A DNA stretch of 64,000 nt, taken from the NCBI GenBank assembly GCA_963820825.1, contig CAWGBN010000006.1, positions 576,001 to 640,000 of the forward strand. The letters are read 5' to 3'. Position numbers and translations under genes: made by a program. Each line of letters opens with the position of its first letter. Positions within the stretch are counted from its first letter, which is position 1. The notes below the pieces were generated by a model that worked only from the letters and a program-made list of their open reading frames with translations, was not told the origin of the DNA and did no database searches. The stretch comes from Vulcanimicrobiota bacterium (GTDB lineage: Bacteria > Vulcanimicrobiota > Vulcanimicrobiia > Vulcanimicrobiales > Vulcanimicrobiaceae). Positions 61,267 to 64,000 of this stretch are shown here, piece by piece.

Positions 61267-61929
61267 ATGAAGATCGGTATTATTGGTGCGGGCAACATCG
61301 GCGGAACGCTCACGCGGCGCTTTCGCGCGCTCGGTCACGAGGTATATGTGGCGAATTCGCGCGGCCCCGAGACGCTCGCCGATTTGGCGGCGGAGACGGG
61401 CGCGACGGCGGTAACGGCGCAGGAGGCGGCAGGGCGCGGTGAGGTGGTCGTGGTCACGATCCCGGAGGGCAAGATCCCGGAACTGCCGCGCGACCTCTTC
61501 GCAGATGCGGCGCCCGGCGTCGTCGTGGTCGATACGGGGAACTACTATCCGCAACGTGACGGCCGCATCGATGCAATTGAAGCCGGAATGCCGGAGAGCC
61601 GCTGGGTCGAGAGTCTACTCGGACGCCCCGTTATCAAGGCCTTCAACAACATTTACGCACGGCATCTCCTCGAGCGCGGAAAACCGAAAGGAACGCCCGG
61701 TCGAATCGCCTTGCCGGTCGCCGGTGACGACCCGCCGGCCAAAGCGACCGTGATGCAGCTCGTCGACGAGCTCGGATTCGATCCGGTCGACGCCGGCGGA
61801 CTCGACGAATCGTGGCGCCAGCAGCCGGGTAAACCGGTCTACGCCGACGACTTCGATGCCGGCGGCGTACGCCGCGCGCTTGCGCAAGCGCGCAACGAGC
61901 GGACGCCCGAGTGGCGGGCCGCAGTATGA
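61267..61929 (+). CDS. NADPH-dependent F420 reductase-like oxidoreductase
   Basis: MKIGIIGAGNIG, NSRGP, VDTGNY, IKAFN, AGDD. Confidence 0.87.
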   Translation: MKIGIIGAGNIGGTLTRRFRALGHEVYVANSRGPETLADLAAETGATAVTAQEAAGRGEVVVVTIPEGKIPELPRDLFADAAPGVVVVDTGNYYPQRDGRIDAIEAGMPESRWVESLLGRPVIKAFNNIYARHLLERGKPKGTPGRIALPVAGDDPPAKATVMQLVDELGFDPVDAGGLDESWRQQPGKPVYADDFDAGGVRRALAQARNERTPEWRAAV

Positions 61930-62732
61930 CCACGCCGTACGAACGCTTTCGAGAGCTGCACGAGCGACGCGAAGCGTTCGTCATGCCGAACGCCTGGGAC
62001 GCGGCGTCGGCAGTGCTGCTCAAGCGCGCGGGATTCGAAGCGCTGGGCAGCACGTCGCTCGGTCTCGCGTTCTCGCTCGGCCGGCAAGACGGACGCCACG
62101 CGGTCTCACGTGAGGAGGCGATCGCGCACGCCGCGCTGCTCGCGCGAACGAGCGATCTTCCGGTCAACGGCGATCTCGAAGATGGATTCGGTGCGTCGCC
62201 GGAGGAATGCGCCGCGACGGTGCGAGCGGCGATCGCGGGGGGACTCGCCGGACTCGGCATTGAGGATACGACGGCCGATCCGGCCCGGCCAATTCACGAG
62301 TTCGACGAGGCGGTCGCGCGCGTGCGCGCGGCCGCACAGACGGCGAACGGACGCATCGTACTTACCGGCCGCACCGACAACTATCTCAACGGCAGACCCG
62401 ACCTCGACGATACGATTCGCCGGCTGGTGGCGTTTGCGGAAGCCGGCGCCGACGTGCTTTATGCGCCCTGCTTGCCGACGATGGAGGCGATCGTTGCGGT
62501 GGTGCGTGCCGTCGCTCCCAAGCCCGTTAACGTGCTCATCGGGCCCGACGATGGAGCGGTTCCGCTCGAGCGGCTTTCGGCCGCCGGCGTGCGCCGCGTC
62601 AGCGTTGGCGGCGCGCTCTATCGCGTCGCGATGAGCGCGGTGGTCGCAACCGCCGGCGCGTTGCGCCGGGGCGACCTGGCCGCGGTAACGGGCGCAATCG
62701 GGGGCGGCGAGATCGCCGCGCTCTTGCCGTAG
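61926..62732 (+). CDS. Isocitrate lyase/PEP mutase family protein
   Basis: PNAWD..SA, DLEDGFG, IED, GRTD, AGADVLY, PVNV. Confidence 0.88.
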   Translation: MTTPYERFRELHERREAFVMPNAWDAASAVLLKRAGFEALGSTSLGLAFSLGRQDGRHAVSREEAIAHAALLARTSDLPVNGDLEDGFGASPEECAATVRAAIAGGLAGLGIEDTTADPARPIHEFDEAVARVRAAAQTANGRIVLTGRTDNYLNGRPDLDDTIRRLVAFAEAGADVLYAPCLPTMEAIVAVVRAVAPKPVNVLIGPDDGAVPLERLSAAGVRRVSVGGALYRVAMSAVVATAGALRRGDLAAVTGAIGGGEIAALLP

Positions 62733-62746
62733 CCGTAGCAATCGCG

Positions 62747-64000
62747 TTGCTCCAGCGCATTCGCCGGTTCTTTGCCAACCTCGGACCCGGCCTGATTACC
62801 GGTGCCGCAGACGACGATCCATCGGGCATTTCGACGTATTCGGTCGCGGGAGCGGCCACCGGATACTCGATGCTTTGGCTGGCGCTGATCTCGACGCCGA
62901 TGATGGCGGTGATTCAAGGGATGTGCGCGCGCATCTCGATGGTCAGCGGCGAAGGGCTGGCGGCGATCATGCGCAAGCGGTTGCCAACGCCGCTTGCGTA
63001 CGCGCTTGCCGGATTGGTGGTGATCGCAAACACGTTTAACGTCGGCGCCGACATCGGGGGCATGGCCGCCGCCGCCCGTCTGGTCGTTCCGATTCCGGTC
63101 GACGCGCTCGTCTTTTTCTTCGGCATCGGCCTCATCGCGTTGCAGATCTGGCTCGCTTACGCGACCATTGCCAAGGTCTTCAAATGGCTGACGCTCGCAC
63201 TCTTCGCCTACGTCGTCACGGCATTCGTCGTCCGGCCTCCGTGGGCGCAGGTGCTGCTCTCGTTCGCGGTTCCCCACCTCAGATTCGATTCGCAGTCGCT
63301 CTCGACGATGGTCGGCGTGCTCGGAACGACGATCACGCCGTACCTCTTTTATTGGCAATCGTCGCTGATGGTCGAGGAGGAGAAGGAGACCGGCAAATCG
63401 TCGATCGCCGCGCGACGCGGCACCGATGCGAAGTCGGTGACGAAGATGCATGCCGACGTCAACACCGGGATGATCTATTCGAATCTCGTCGCCTTCTTCA
63501 TCATCGTCACGACGGCGGCGACGCTCGGCGCGCATGGCCAGACGAATATCGCGACCGCGCAGGATGCGGCGCGCGCCCTGCGTCCGCTGGCCGGACAATT
63601 CGCCGAGCTACTCTTCGCGCTGGGCATGGTCGGCACGGGAATCCTGGCCGTGCCCGTGCTCGCAACATCCTCGGCGTACGTCGCCGCGCAGACCTTTCGC
63701 TTCCGCGAGGGGTTGGGCGAGCCGCTCCAGCGCGCTCCGCACTTTTACGCAACGATTGCGGCCGGCATCTTTATCGGGATCGCGATGAATCTTCTGCGGG
63801 TCGACGCCATCAAGGCGCTCTTCTGGTCGGCGGTGCTCAACGGCGTCGCCGCGGTGCCGCTCATCGCCGTCGTCGTCTTCCTGGCATCGAATCGCTCGCT
63901 GATGGGTGACTGGAGGAGCTCGCCGCTCGCTCGCGGATGGGGGTGGAGTACGGTCGCGCTGATGGGCGCTGCAACGGCCGGGATGTTCTACTTCATGGCG
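62747..64000 (+). CDS. NRAMP family divalent metal transporter (runs off window end)
   Basis: Read directly, absent from the ORF track: LGPGLITGAADDDPSGISTYS, GTTITPYLFYWQS. Confidence 0.9.
   Translation, partial: MLQRIRRFFANLGPGLITGAADDDPSGISTYSVAGAATGYSMLWLALISTPMMAVIQGMCARISMVSGEGLAAIMRKRLPTPLAYALAGLVVIANTFNVGADIGGMAAAARLVVPIPVDALVFFFGIGLIALQIWLAYATIAKVFKWLTLALFAYVVTAFVVRPPWAQVLLSFAVPHLRFDSQSLSTMVGVLGTTITPYLFYWQSSLMVEEEKETGKSSIAARRGTDAKSVTKMHADVNTGMIYSNLVAFFIIVTTAATLGAHGQTNIATAQDAARALRPLAGQFAELLFALGMVGTGILAVPVLATSSAYVAAQTFRFREGLGEPLQRAPHFYATIAAGIFIGIAMNLLRVDAIKALFWSAVLNGVAAVPLIAVVVFLASNRSLMGDWRSSPLARGWGWSTVALMGAATAGMFYFMA

Overview
GC-rich bacterial chromosome segment. The TonB receptor and an expanded 'SWMLP..K..LLY' lipoprotein family suggest a diderm soil bacterium, tentatively Ca. 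Eremiobacterota (inference only). Positions 1-43.1 kb and 54.3-64 kb are mostly housekeeping and metabolic genes: an osmoprotectant ABC transporter, ppk1, bolA-grxD-sulfurtransferase, a TonB receptor, rnd, acnA, aceEF, TPP riboswitch-thiC, two VPS10/BNR proteins, hydantoinase A/B and NRAMP. Positions ~43.1-54.3 kb are a scrambled, AT-richer accessory island with four IS3-family elements or remnants, gene fragments and a probable solo-Cas1 C-terminal remnant. The top finding is two copies of an IS110-family recombinase element, each inserted at the same core (ACG/CGT) in the catalytic D-N-G-P codons of two different IS3 transposases. The element's 3' end folds into a bridge-RNA-like structure whose two loops match the target and the donor junction, with G/U at the synonymous codon positions. 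Other leads: a RAPP arrest-motif membrane ORF with an SD-sequestering hairpin upstream of the TonB receptor, a WYL regulator with twin operators at two flanking VOC genes, a candidate sRNA, a multi-hairpin GGA-loop element, and repeat-derived in-frame inserts in acnA and grxD. Several single-base frameshifts may be sequencing errors. All calls were made by eye; no searches or folding programs were run.
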